Below are positions 14,247 through 26,348 of a DNA stretch of 64,000 bases, in pieces (the stretch's first letter is position 1; every line of letters begins with the position of its first letter). The notes under the pieces were generated by a model. That model did no database searches and had not been told where the DNA came from. It was given only the letters and a program-made list of their open reading frames with translations. A program made the position numbers and the translations under genes. This DNA is from Oikopleura dioica (lineage: Eukaryota > Animalia > Chordata): assembly GCA_907165135.1 (NCBI GenBank), contig OU015566.1:9982001-10046000 (forward strand). Direction: 5' to 3'.

Positions 14247-16411
14247 ATCAACCATTTTCCCTCAATTTTCGCCACACAAAATTCACACCGAACCACAGAA
14301 TCTACAATCACTCGGGCAACTGTACAAAGCCCACGGAGCCATCGCCAATTTCGTCTACGAAAGGCTGACCGCTCGACCTACAGTTCGAAAACTCGGCCGC
14401 TCAAAATCAGCCAGTAAGTAGCGAAAATCCGTGAAAGAAGACGAAGCATGTTACCTCAAATTCACGATTTTGGCGGATCAAGAAAAACAAACTTCTCACT
14501 TTTAAGTGCTCCTGCGGGCGACTTTCTAATCTCAGATCTCCTTTAGAGCTCGAACCTTGTTTTATAGAAGCATTTGATTAAACTAAGCTTTTTCAGCTGC
14601 CCAAACACAAGAAAGACTGACTGCACGACTCTTGGAGCTTCAAGAACGACAGGAACATATTGTCAAAAGATGTGGCCCGGGCGGGTCAAAAGCAATTGCT
14701 CAAGAACGAAAAAAAGAAGTTGATTCTCTCGATGGAGGAGATCTCATTGCAAGTCGCGGAAAGTATGTAAAATCGACGAATTTGAAGAAATATGAACTTA
14801 TTTTTTATCTTCAATTATTTTAATAAATTTATAATTTTTAGGTTTGAAAATTTCGATTTACTTCGACCCGGTCACTCGAGCTTCCTTCCCGACATCAAAT
14901 CACAAGAAATCAGTGCCCGTAAGTTTAACCCTCAACAAACACCGCGTCCAAATCTTGCTTCGACTCCCTAACACACGTTTGCTTAGTCTTTCGCGTCTCC
15001 GATTTCTCTTAAAATTGACAAAGGTGCAAAGATTAAACCACGACGCTGTATATCGTACTGTAATTACGCCCAATCACCTGTCGTGCGCCGTGTCGCGATG
15101 GGTTAAACCCTTACTTTGCGCAGGTTAATGACGCCCAGAGTTGGACTTTCCTGGTCAAATTCATCTTTTATACCTTTTCGCGTCTTTTTTTTTCAAAAAT
15201 CGTGAATAGAAGAAACATGCTAAAACAAAATAACACGCGATTTGGTTTCTTCTTGAGCTTTGCATAAAAAAAGGTTATTCAAGCGGGCTTAAAATACTCA
15301 AATGGCCGCAAGTACCGGAGATCATCCGAAGATCAAAGATTAGAGGCAAAGTTGAACGCTTTTTATAAATTTGGCACCTATTCTCTAAACAAGACAAAAA
15401 TCGTAAATTTGTGATTTCAGTCGATTTCGAAGAACCAGCCGACGATTTCATCCCTTCAGGACAACCCAGTGCTGGTGGACTTATTGACACTCCCTTTTTC
15501 GATCGGCTTGGAGGACGAGGTAAGATTTACGGACTCGTGGTGATTCAGCATTTTCGTATTTTTCTTGAGCGCGTCTATTTACGATAATGACTGGATTCCT
15601 GGGTAGTTTTGGTATTTTGCTTAACTGGATTTTTCATCCTCTAAATTTTCGCAAATCCGCAATCGGAAACATCTTTTGCTATTTCGTTATAGACACAACA
15701 AGGGCTTAGGCCTTGCGCAGTGAGAGGCTTGGGCAGCTCCGCCCAGCGAAAAAAAAACCACGTTTGATCACGTGATCCTCACTTTCTCTCTCTCTCTCTC
15801 ATGCTACAGACAGAGACTAGGCGGGCTTGTTTCCGGAACATGCATTAGCGCGACCATGCGTTCAACAACAAGACTGTTCGCTAGAATTTTAGAGAGAATT
15901 AAGAATCTGAAGAATGTTCTGTTCTGAGGCTGTTTTCGGGGGCCCTAAGTTGGCGACAACAGAAATGGAATTCGCGAAAGCGGCAATTAGAGCATTTTCC
16001 AGCGCTCAATTGCCTTTTCTGCTGAATTCTCAGTGCTTGTTCGATCTGCCGATATCAGATTCTAGCTAAATGAAGGGGAAATACCACTGCTGAGTCAAGC
16101 ACAAAACAATGCTCCCTCGCATTTCTTTTTTATTTTGACGTGAAAGAGGAAGACCTCAATAATTTTATTTTTGAACTACTTAAATTTCAGGACCCTCTTT
16201 TGGATCCGCTGGATTCGGACCGGGATTCGGACCCGCTGCAAACGGATTCCAAGGGCTTCAAGGATTCGATCCGTTGAATTCAATGGACTACGAGACATCA
16301 GTTAGAAAACGAAGAGATACAGTCGATCTTGAAGACATCAGAGCGACCAGAAAAGACATGCAAAAGAAGATCAAGGAAAGTGTTGCAAGCCTCTTTATCA
16401 GGAGTGTTACA
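14247..16411 (+). CDS. Internal exons of an orphan gene, probable secreted precursor with a furin-type RKRR site
   Basis: Five consecutive exons with GT-AG sites and matching phases: 14247-14413, 14597-14762, 14842-14918, 15421(or 15460)-15519, 16191-~16411. Product includes ...FVYERLTARPTVRK...QTQERLTARLLELQERQEHIVKRCGPGG...FFDRLGGRGPSFGSAGFGPGFGP...DYETSVRKRRDTVDLEDIR... Confidence 0.7.
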
Positions 16412-16859
16412 GTAATGAGATTTGCTTATTTAATGATGACAAATTGAATATTACCCTCGCAGAATCTGTTTTCAGAATCTTCAAAAAACTGCCTGATAGA
16501 CTATTTACAGATAAATTCAATCGGGAGGTGGAAGATTTTTCCGCGAAAATGAAATTAATCGTTTTGTTTTGCCACAATTAGAGTTGCTTAAATCCAACCC
16601 AAATTTAATGCACCTATTACTCAGGTCATTTTACTGCAAAAAAGGCTGTTTCAAACGGCAAAAATGAGATGATGCTTGAAAATAATTATCTTTTTCTTTA
16701 TATTGAACAGAAATCATAATTATGTAAAAAAAGATAACTTTAAATATTTTAATAAAAAAGCTAAGATGATAACAAATAATGAGAATTTATCGAAGGAATG
16801 TAGTCGAAACTTTCATGATATGAAGATCGCTTTAGCCAGCAATAAATAATTGAAAATTG

Positions 16860-17630
16860 GCAGGAAATTTTCTCAAGAGTATCGCTGAATTCTGTACTTA
16901 GAAAACCACTATCCCAGGATGTGGATTCCTAAGGCGGCACTTTTGAGGTCTACCACCGTTAATAGCTGAAACTCCTTATCAGCCAGATAGTTCAATTTCT
17001 TCAGGAATTTCGGTCCAGTCAAAGAAAGCTAGGAGTTTTAGCGGAAAACGACAGCAAAAATCAGAACAAAGTTCATTTCAATATCATTAAGCGGTAAACG
17101 TTTAACGGTGCTGCTCTACACTGATTCCACTTTACCGACTTTGGGCTTGTCTAAATTGCAAATGAGTTTAACGTTTCGCGTAAAAATGATTTGGCCGTAA
17201 AAATGATCCAAGTGACACTCGGCGGTTCGCCCAAGCCCGCAGTGAATGGCGTTTTTCGAATGAACAATATTTTTCTTCCAATTAAGAACTTTTTTTGTTT
17301 GAGAGGCGACCGCGTCTAGGTCGGATTAAATTCGATCGCGGGCTCCTTTAACACGTTAGGGTTTTAGTGATAGCGAGCGTTTTATAGATTAGAACACCCG
17401 CTGGGGAGACCCGTCTTGGTACTTGATAAGGTTGAACAACACTGATCAGGAACTTGAAAAGGTCTTCGTAGAGCTGGAAGATTTCGTCGCGAATAACCTC
17501 TGTAAGTACCTTTGTGACAGCTGAAGCAGAACCTTTCTTCTTTAGCTGATTGCTCTACAAAACGAATCAAGCTGCACCAGTACAAACTCGACAAGGTCAA
17601 AGGAAAGGGTTGAGAAAAACAGCTCATCGG
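16860..17630 (-). pseudogene. Decayed ORF remnant inside an intron or intergenic region
   Basis: AVTKVLTEVIRDEIFQLYEDLFKFLISVVQPYQVPRRVSPAGVLIYKR and LKLLAFFDWTEIPEEIELSG in broken frames. Confidence 0.2.
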
Positions 17631-19039
17631 GTCGTGTAATGATCGTGTCAGTACATTTACTGACCTAGAAGGAGGAAACCGAAGAGCTGTGAAAAAAGTG
17701 CTAAATCACTAATTTTGAAATATGAGCGGATATAACATGTCCCCGGCGCTTAGAGTTACGCACATGCACTTACTTTACGTTTTAACACATTTTTCTCTTG
17801 CGTGCGAACTCAAGTTCGACACAAGTTGGTGAACACGTGATCCTCAACCCTCGCAAAGGACGATTTCAAAAGGTGATCGAGCGGCAAGGAACGGCGGAAA
17901 TCCAGCGAGGCCGCCGACGAATGCGAAAAACGACAAAATCCAGGAATAACAATTAACATCTTTATTGAGACTCGAAAATTTTAACGTTGCAAATTTTTAA
18001 ATTATCGGAAAATTTCAATTACGAAATTTTTAACAAGAAAAAATTTGTTTAAATTTTACTTTCCAAAGATCATTTTGACCGTTTTCTTCAAAAAAGGGAG
18101 TGACACCCTTAACATAAAAAATTAAAAAAGTCGATTAAAATAAAAACAAAATGCAAGAAATAAACAAACTGTAAATAACCGTAATAAGTAATAACCGAAA
18201 GAAACGAAGCTGTGGATCGAAACAATGCCGGTGCATTTATTTCAGCCTTCTTCAAAATTTGGAAGAATCCGAAATGAAGAATTGTTGGAAATAAATCTTC
18301 GCGAATTTCGAAAATTTCAACCGAAAGGCCTAATTGGCAGGCTTCTCCGCGAAATTTTCCTACAGTAAGTTTTGAAAATAAATAACGTTAGACTTGCCAA
18401 ACCATCGACGACACAAAAAAATCCATCAACTGCGCAACTACAAACGCCTGTACAAAGCAATATCACCAATATTGAAATCTTTTGACAAAACCACTCGCCA
18501 CTAAAAACGAAAAATCTACTGAAAGAAGATCATAGCTTCAGTAAACAACAACGCATATTTCTGTACATAGAACTATTGATTGATTTCTTGAGGATCATTT
18601 TCGAGGATTTGTTTGAGAATGAGCACTGCCGAAATAAATCAAAAACTTGTGAAAACCAAAATCCGAAAGTTGTCTTCTTTGTTTTTTGATTTATGGAAAT
18701 TCAATGATGTAAGAAAATAAAAATTGCGATTGTAACATTCCCCCAGTGGAAAATCTAAATCCGGCCAACGTGTGAGTTACCGAGTGCAGCTCGTTGTATC
18801 TAATGCTAATGTGTTCGTGGTTCTAGCGGACGGGCGCGACTTATGTACGGAACATGACATGATCCAAATATTTGCGCTTGGGGAGCAATTCGCCTTCTTA
18901 TCGGACAGCCGAGATAACCTTCCAGAGAGGATACTTCTTGTCCCAAAGGAAACGTGACAATCGCCTAACGAAGGGTTAAGTACAACGCAAATAAATATTC
19001 TTCTAACAAAGTCCGCTGAAAACATGGTATTCATTGAAT

Positions 19040-20012
19040 TTAATATTGACACTCTTTGAACTGCTTGGCGATAACAGGAAAAGTGCACAACTCATTCGTT
19101 GACTTCGATTTTGACTTGTTTGCATTGTAAAAACTCCCGAATTTCTTCAAATCAGCCGTCTCTTTTTTCGCCTTTTCAATTCTTTTCAACCTTCTTTTTC
19201 TTCTTTTTTTGGCTTGTGCTTCTGTCAGAGTCTCTTTTTCTGGAGCAGAGATTGCGATCGCTTCCATACCTTTGTGCCCTAGAAGAAATTTTGAAAACGA
19301 ATTACATTTCAATACAACTTACCAGGTCGCACGTTGTATTCGACTCTTTCACCATTCTTGAGCATAAGCATCTTACCAATTTGTTCAACGCTCGTTTTCT
19401 TCACTAAAACCAAGTTTGCAAGAGTTCAATGAGCATATATAACATACTGTAAACTTCGGAACAATCACCATCTTGAACAATAAATCCGAAACCACGTTCT
19501 TGGTTGAACCATTTGATGTATCCTCTGTGTGTCTTTAATCCTTCTGAACTTGATTTTTGCTTCTCAGCCATTTGTTCTTTTGCCACCGCTTCCACTTTTT
19601 TGGGAATTTCAAGCAATCGTAAAAGACTTGTCTGTGTTAGAATAATGACATTTTCGATGTTCTGAGAAGACTCCCGTAATTTGACCAGTTTTTCTTTGTA
19701 TATTTCGATGATCTTTTCATTTTCTGAAGCATTTTCCACCAAAACAAGTGATGAAATCGATGGTACAAAAAGGACTTTGTTTTCTTCAATCAGTTTTTTG
19801 CGCTCTTTCTTGATTTGTTCTTCGTTTTCATAATTTGCGATCATTTGCGTTAACAACGAAATTTCTTTCCTGCTTGATTGAATTTCTTCGTGCAGTTTTG
19901 TCAACTGCTCACTTTTCTTCGAAATGATCATAAGTTGATTCCTATCCGTAATGAGCAACCTCTTGAATTTTTCATCGATCTCTTTTTGCGTCTCTTCGAT
20001 TGATTTGGCCAT
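19040..20012 (-). CDS. Coiled-coil plus cold-shock domain (CSD) protein; 3' end uncertain
   Basis: ATG at 20012, ~165-aa coiled-coil-like region, then GYIKWFNQERGFGFIV (RNP1). Two short GT-AG introns complete the domain (VY|MKKTSVEQIGKMLMLKNGERVEYNVRP|GHKGMEAIAISAP), followed by basic KKRRKRRLKR. Confidence 0.8.
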
Positions 20013-20703
20013 GTTGGAGATGCGGGATCACAAAAAGGAAACGTTTTCAGATGGAAAGGAAAGTCATGGTCGACAAATGTTTGTATTTCTCACACTTTGT
20101 ATGTTCAGTGGGTTTGAGTCATATTTGCATTTGCTATTCTGAATGTCTAAAAGCAGCATGCTCAACTTGGAAATGGTTGTTTTCACACGGCCGCAGTTGA
20201 AGCAACAGCGATGACGATTCGTCCAAATCAATTCTTTTCGTAAATTTGATCGATACTCGCGTCCATGATCTAATCGACCAGAAAGGCGATTTCTCCGAAC
20301 GTAAAAATCATCACGTGATCTGATCCGATCTTTCTAGAGCGCAGCTTGAACCCTAACGCGTCCTCCGGAAGTCGTCAGCCTCTTGAATTATTCTTTCCGA
20401 ATTTAGTTCTTACATCCAGTTTTACATCTTCGAATCGTAATTTTCAGAAATAAGGGAAGCCCAGAATCAAGATCTAAAGATGAGCTTCAGTTCTCAATCT
20501 GTTTCTAGGCAAATTTCGCAAAAAGACATGAAATCATGCTTGACAAAACTTTTTGGAACGCTTGAGATCAGCCATAAAATGCCGATTGCCGCTAAGGGTA
20601 ACTTGATAGAACCCACCTAGGGCTTGACGCTTTATTAAAACAAGTCTATTTCCTTTTCACGCATTTCTAACGCAACACATCGTTACATCGATTTTGTGGC
20701 ATC

Positions 20704-21555
20704 CAGGGATGTACATTCGCAGTGGGGAAATCGCAGAAATCTTCGCAGTGCGACCTGCGAACTGCGGAATTTCGCACTTCGCAGCGCAGTCAGAGAACAT
20801 GTATGTGCATCGCACCGCAGTCCGCAGTTTTCGCAGAATTTTCGAAAACTGCGATTTTTCCACAGTCATTTTCCGCAGTTTTTGATTAATCTCGCAGTTC
20901 GCAGACTGCGAATTCTGCGGTAATTTTCCAGCAATTTTTTCAAGTTTTTCTCTTGTGAGTAACTGGAAAATACGAAAAATAAGGCGTCAAACGAGTGGTC
21001 TCCGTCTGTCAAAGTCGTCTTTCGCCCTACTTGACAAAACTTTAAATCAAAACCATAATTGAGCTAGAAACAGTGATAATTTGAATTTTTTGAATGATGG
21101 GTGAGAGTGGGTTGGGGACAGAACTGAGATTGATCAACTCATAGTTCAAAGCCTTTGTCAAGCCCCTTAAACTTAAAAATCATGGAAGGGGCTGAGACGG
21201 CCCGAAGGGCCGTCAAGCCCGTTAGTTTAAAAATCATGGAACGGGGCTGAGACGGTCCGAAAGACGTCATAAGTATGACCACCCACTAGAGTCGCATATC
21301 GCAAAAATTTCGCACTTTTCCATGAAAAAATCGCAGAATTCTCCGCAGTTTCTGCTTATGTTCCGCAGTTTCGCAGAAAATCGCAGAATTTTCCGCAGTT
21401 TTGTATTTTTCCGCTGTTCGCAGAAAATCGCAGTCTGCGGCGCACTGCGAAGAGAAAATTTTGGATCTCGCAGTTCGCACCGCAGAAAATCCTCGAAAAA
21501 AAATCGCAGTTCGCACCGCATCGCAGTCGAAAATTTTAGAAAATGTACATCCCTG
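20704..21555. mobile_element. Non-autonomous hAT-type MITE, 852 bp
   Basis: Perfect 14-bp TIR CAGGGATGTACATT (20704-20717; 21542-21555), perfect 8-bp TSD GTGGCATC (20696-20703; 21556-21563), dense subterminal (T/C)CGCAG repeats in both arms. Confidence 0.92.
21157..21268. repeat. Two-copy ~55-bp tandem repeat with a GC hairpin inside the hAT MITE
   Basis: GTCAAGCCC..AAAAATCATGGAA.GGGGCTGAGACGG.CCGAA repeated. Copy 1 holds the perfect hairpin GACGGCCC-GAA-GGGCCGTC (21196-21214). Confidence 0.85.
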
Positions 21556-22599
21556 GTGGCATCCGAAGTGGTCGCCAACTCTTTCAGAAAAAGAACGCTC
21601 CAGCAAATGTGCAAAAAGAAAGCCTGCATGGCGCTTTTAGAATGCATCGTATTTATATCAAAGCAAGAGTGATGATTTAATACCGGCTTATTTTCGCATC
21701 GTTTTTCGTTGTGAAAGCGGGGCGAATTGAATACGTGGTTATAATTAACATCCTCAATTGAACTGATAAGAAGCAGTTTTTTCTTTGAGCAGAACCTCTG
21801 ACTCATTATCTACAGAATTGCAGTAGAAGTTCAAAGTCACCGTGTACTCTTATAAATAAAAAAAAACCTTGATCAACCTCATCTGCGGCTCTTGGTTTCT
21901 TTTCCTTTCCTTCTTGAATAATATTCTGCTATCCCAGACGGGTCAAACAAGGATGAATTCTCCAGAGAAGATATTATGAAATTCTGAAGAGGGCAATTAA
22001 TAGGATCAAAAAAGGTTTCGTTAGGTCTTTCTTTTTGCACGTGATAAGAGAAGGGGCTCTTCACAAGAAGAAGATGGTATCAAAGTCGCGCAAGAAAGCA
22101 GGAAGCATGGCCAGTTGTCAAATCAACGCTTTTACGATAAAAACAGGGAGATTCTAAAGAGAGACTACCTCGCGTGTTTTCACGATTCTCGCCTTTCCAA
22201 TTCTAGGATATCGGATGCAGCTCGAGATGGACTAATTACAGGCAGATAAAATCCAAAGATGACTGCATTTTTAAATTAAAGATTGAATTTTATTTAAAAA
22301 TTTCTCTTGTAAACAGAAAAGTACGGTTTTCTCTGATCTTCTGCAGCTCCCAATCGAAAATTGAAAGTTTTCATCGGCTCTCGAAGAGAATTTTGTGGCC
22401 TCAGAAAGTCAAAAACGTTTCGGTCAAACGTCGGTGCGTAGCCATAGCCAGGTGTGAGCAGAAAAAATAAACAGAACTTGAGCATTTCCAACATTCAATT
22501 TTACTTTGCTTTGTAACTTTGTGTTTTTGTCGTTTTTGATTTCACTGGGTCGAGTTTTATAGCTACTAGTTCGAGCAAGGAAAAGATAAGTCAGCTTTA

Positions 22600-23370
22600 T
22601 ACTTCTCAGCCGATGCATATTTTATGCGCCACAGATTTATGAGCAAAACTGGCAAAACCATCCTCTTAGACTCTAGTGGCCGGATAATTGCTTATTTTCC
22701 CCCTGCCAGTTCAAAAATAGCGTCATTTCTCCCCATATTTGATTAACAACGGCTTCTAATCGGAATAATTTCTTCATAAAATCGACAATAAAACTCTCAG
22801 AAGAAAAGGCATTTTGCAAAGAAATAGATATGCATGTATCAAAGTTCAAAATCGCTCCGGCCAAGTTTTCCGTCAAGTTAAACATGACAATCCTGACAAA
22901 CTTTCGCCCATTTAGAAGACTATCCCAAGCACAATACAGTATCGACACAAGCCAAAAAAAGGATGTTTTTGACCCTTAGAGTCTAAGGCTTAGACTACAA
23001 GATGTTCTGATAGATTAATTCTTTAGAAGAAAAGAAGAACTTTCCAGCCACGGTATATTCAGACTAAGAGCATATGAACCCACTAAATTATTACTCAGCT
23101 TCCATTGGTGTATGCAGTAAGATAGAACGATCGTCGATCCCGTCAATGAGAACATCCCTCGATGATTTCAACGCCTGATTAAGGAATTCACGTGACTTTC
23201 CGCTTTCTCGTAGAATTTTTTATTTGAAAGCATCATGCATACTTTGAACCCAAGCAAAAGTACCTCCGTCCAGGTTCTTTATGAACACAGATGCTCGATA
23301 ATTCATACAGTAGATGTTACTTTTGCTTCAATAATCAACTACTGTAGTTCTTTTGCATTAAATTGAAAGT
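22600..23370 (-). pseudogene. Heavily degraded ORF, unidentified
   Basis: One frame reads NYRASVFIKNLDGGTFAWVQSMHDAFK*KILRESGKSREFLNQALKSSRDVLIDGIDDRSILLHTP... with about ten stop codons. Confidence 0.25.
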
Positions 23371-26348
23371 TCAATGAATTCTAGCGACAAGCACCCTAGA
23401 ATTTATTTGAACAGCTTTCCGAGTGACTCAAACCCGCGTTTTTTTCTGTATATTAACTCGTTCTCGCGCACCGTTACGTTTAGCCAACAACAGGTGGCCC
23501 TCGGAAAAGCTCCAAGATCAGGAGTGCGTTGCGTCTCGTTGCCGAATTCAAAAATAGAAAATTTTCTTCATCCCCTTAGACGCTCCCTCGTAAAATTAAA
23601 AGTGTCAACTTTGCAGAAAATGTACTCATCGTTGGAAATTCACGTCGTCGAATTTAGACAACACTGTTAAATTCCAGATGAGGATTTTGAGCGGGACAGT
23701 AGAGGGGAACTACGAACAACGGTTGATTGGGAAATCCGCCCGTCTGGCAGTCTTTTCAGGACAATTTATGAATGATTCACCGTCTCCATCCACAAGCAAT
23801 TTGTTTTGTTGCATTCATGAACAAAGTATGTTCCCTGAGACGCTTGAAAATTTAATGCAGGGAAAGTTGGAATACAGTAAAGAGTGGTGGAACTGGTGAG
23901 GTGGACATCCGCGATGATCAAAGCTCTGAATTATGGAATTGCAAGAAGAATCCCCCACTGCGCTGCGTGGATTCGCATAATCCCTCCACCCTTTATGACC
24001 GTGCAGGACATAGTGCAGTTTCCGCGCTTCCGATGATTTAAGAGGAGATCACTCTTTTCTAGGGCGGACAGTTTCTTGTTCCGAAGGTCGACTGGTTCGT
24101 CTTTCTAAATACTCACATGGTACTAACCATAAGTCTTTTTTGTACATAATCTTTTATATATTTATTCATTATTGTACATTTGAGACACATTTGAGACACA
24201 TAATTAAGATATCTTCATCTATTTCTACAAACAAATAAAGTGTTTTGGGGAGCTTCGGAGAAAATTCATCGACATTCCAAGAGAAGGATCTTCACGTGAC
24301 CTAGCAGCCACAAGCACATTCCGGCGGAGATGAAAAAACCAACCTTCCCAAATTGGCTCCTTGACGTGCGGGCCACTCGACATCAATTCTGAAATCTCGC
24401 TCACACCCCACGTGACCGCTTTGATACCCTCTCCAGAATGTGTTCCTTCTTAATTGGAGAAGTAACAGTATCTGTTGGAGGGTGATATTATGTGCGTTTA
24501 AAACTAAGCCACGCAAATGGCGAATTCAATACCTTCTTCAAATCCTGGGCGGCGGCGAAGTGAGTTTCTTCTTATCTTGTTCATTATCCGCTTCGGATCC
24601 AGACTACGAGGAGAGTCTGTTGTAAATCTACCTAAGGTAAGTTTTAGAGGGGCTCAACAGAAGATTTTACAACTGTATTCTTTATGGAAGATTTCAATTT
24701 CGAAAAAATGGAGGCTGCGGCGGTTTGTGTTTAAAACATGAAGATTTGCGGATAAGTTGAGGATTATTTTAAGTAGCAGTAAGTACATTAACCTCTTTCC
24801 TGAAAATCTGGGTCGATCGTTTGTTGAATTTTTGGTCGGCATTATAGAGTGCCAAAACGTGTCTTTTTGCATAATTCAAAAATGGTTTCAGGTAGACAAC
24901 CAACAAGGCCGTTTGCTCTTGACAGCCGTTTGCCCTTGACTTGGAAGAAGCCCAAAGATGACCGTGATTGTTTGCAGTCTCTTAGAAAGCTGAGTAGTTC
25001 TAAACCTGTATTTTCCCCGAGCCGATTACTAATGCGCTATACACGCCTGGTCGGTGGCTAAGTCTGTTCATTAGAGCCCTTCCAGATTCGCTCAGGCAGC
25101 AGAAATACGTACCTCAAAGCTAATTACGCACCTGTAACAAAAAAGGCGGAAAGCGAGCAACGCCCAATGTTAAGTCAGGTTAAATCATTGTTCAGATTTT
25201 TCGCAGGGTAAAAAGGATGAATCTCTATGAGAGTTAAAATCAGAGTATTTCGCAAGAGTGATAAAGATTTCTGCGAAAAACGGTCGGATTCCCTGGTCCG
25301 GAAGTGGGTGGATGTAGAAAAGAGGTGCGCAGCTCGTATCGCGCAGTCCAGATTTGTATTTTGAACACAGCATCACTCAGAAAAAGCAAAGAAAAAAATG
25401 TTTCAAAGACACGCAGGATTGACAAAACCTTGCTTCCAAATCACTAATTTCCTCTAGGCTACCTATTTAAGGCTCAAGATGCAAGATGGACCGAATTTCA
25501 CGGAAGAAGTTGAACTTCTGAAAATTCAAATCTGCCAAAGCTCTGCAACTTGAGCGAACTTAACGGCAGCAAATTACGGCACTTGAGTTTGCACTTTTGT
25601 AACGGGCTCTAGATAATTATAAGTTGAGCTGTTTTTTTCTTCGCGCGGTGGTGTTTTGTTCAACCGGTATGCTGTCACGTGTCATCAGAATGAGCATAAA
25701 GACGGAACACCCTTATGACCTTTTTAAATAAATTGAACAAGTGATATTTTCATAGAAACACAGAGAATAGGAGTCGATTTTAAATGTTTATTTTATTATC
25801 TTTCTTGGCCTTTCTTGGCAGCTGCGTAGTAAAGTTTATACGAATAATATCCATGAGATGCGGAGGGACAAAAGTTCGGATTTTGAAGGATCTTATTTTT
25901 CTTGAGGTCCTATCGAAGAAAACACTCTTTTGAAATTGAAGGGAAGCTAGTTAAATTTAGTGGAACTTGACGGGTTTGATCGGCTTGCTCAGGCACATTG
26001 GCAATTGACAGTTCTAGCTGTGTGGTTGTCTGTTTTTCTGGTTTTGGCGGACACCGCCAGATCGGATTAAAGTGACACCTTCTCCCCAGTGACACATAAG
26101 TGATACGTTCGGCCCTGTCGATAGTGTCACCACAGCTGCCCGATCACACACGAGTCGCCCTTGTGCTCGGCAAAGATCAACTCGGAAATTACGAGTTAGT
26201 ATTATTTAGCCGAGCAAGAGCCTACTTACTGCCTAGTACCTTCTTTGTCCCGAGGTGTTATTTTTCATATCTTGCGTAACCCTCTTCCGACTTCTTAGGA
26301 AAAGTTCAAGGAGACCGTCTTAGAGCTATCTTACGAGAAAAGATTTAA

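Noticed and set aside
14247-14762. Weak resemblance of SLGQLYKAHGAI..ERLTARLLELQ to UVRAG
   Set aside because: Short coiled-coil similarity only; downstream exons (Gly/Phe spacer, RKRR) do not fit UVRAG.
20718-21530. Repeat arrays as a CRISPR array
   Set aside because: Irregular pentamer repeats with no constant repeat-spacer unit; eukaryotic context; no cas genes.
21267-21806. Overlapping 66-179-aa ORFs on both strands at 20657-21806
   Set aside because: They arise from stop-poor CGCAG repeats in the hAT MITE arms; there is no transposase motif.
23150-23230. ESGKS and VLIDGIDD as a NACHT NTPase
   Set aside because: Walker A is incomplete and only ~14 aa from the putative Walker B.
18400-23370. 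Idea that TAA/TAG are read as Gln (ciliate-like code) in stop-interrupted frames
   Set aside because: TGA stops and frameshifts also occur, and the real genes end in TAA or TAG; ordinary pseudogene decay explains it.
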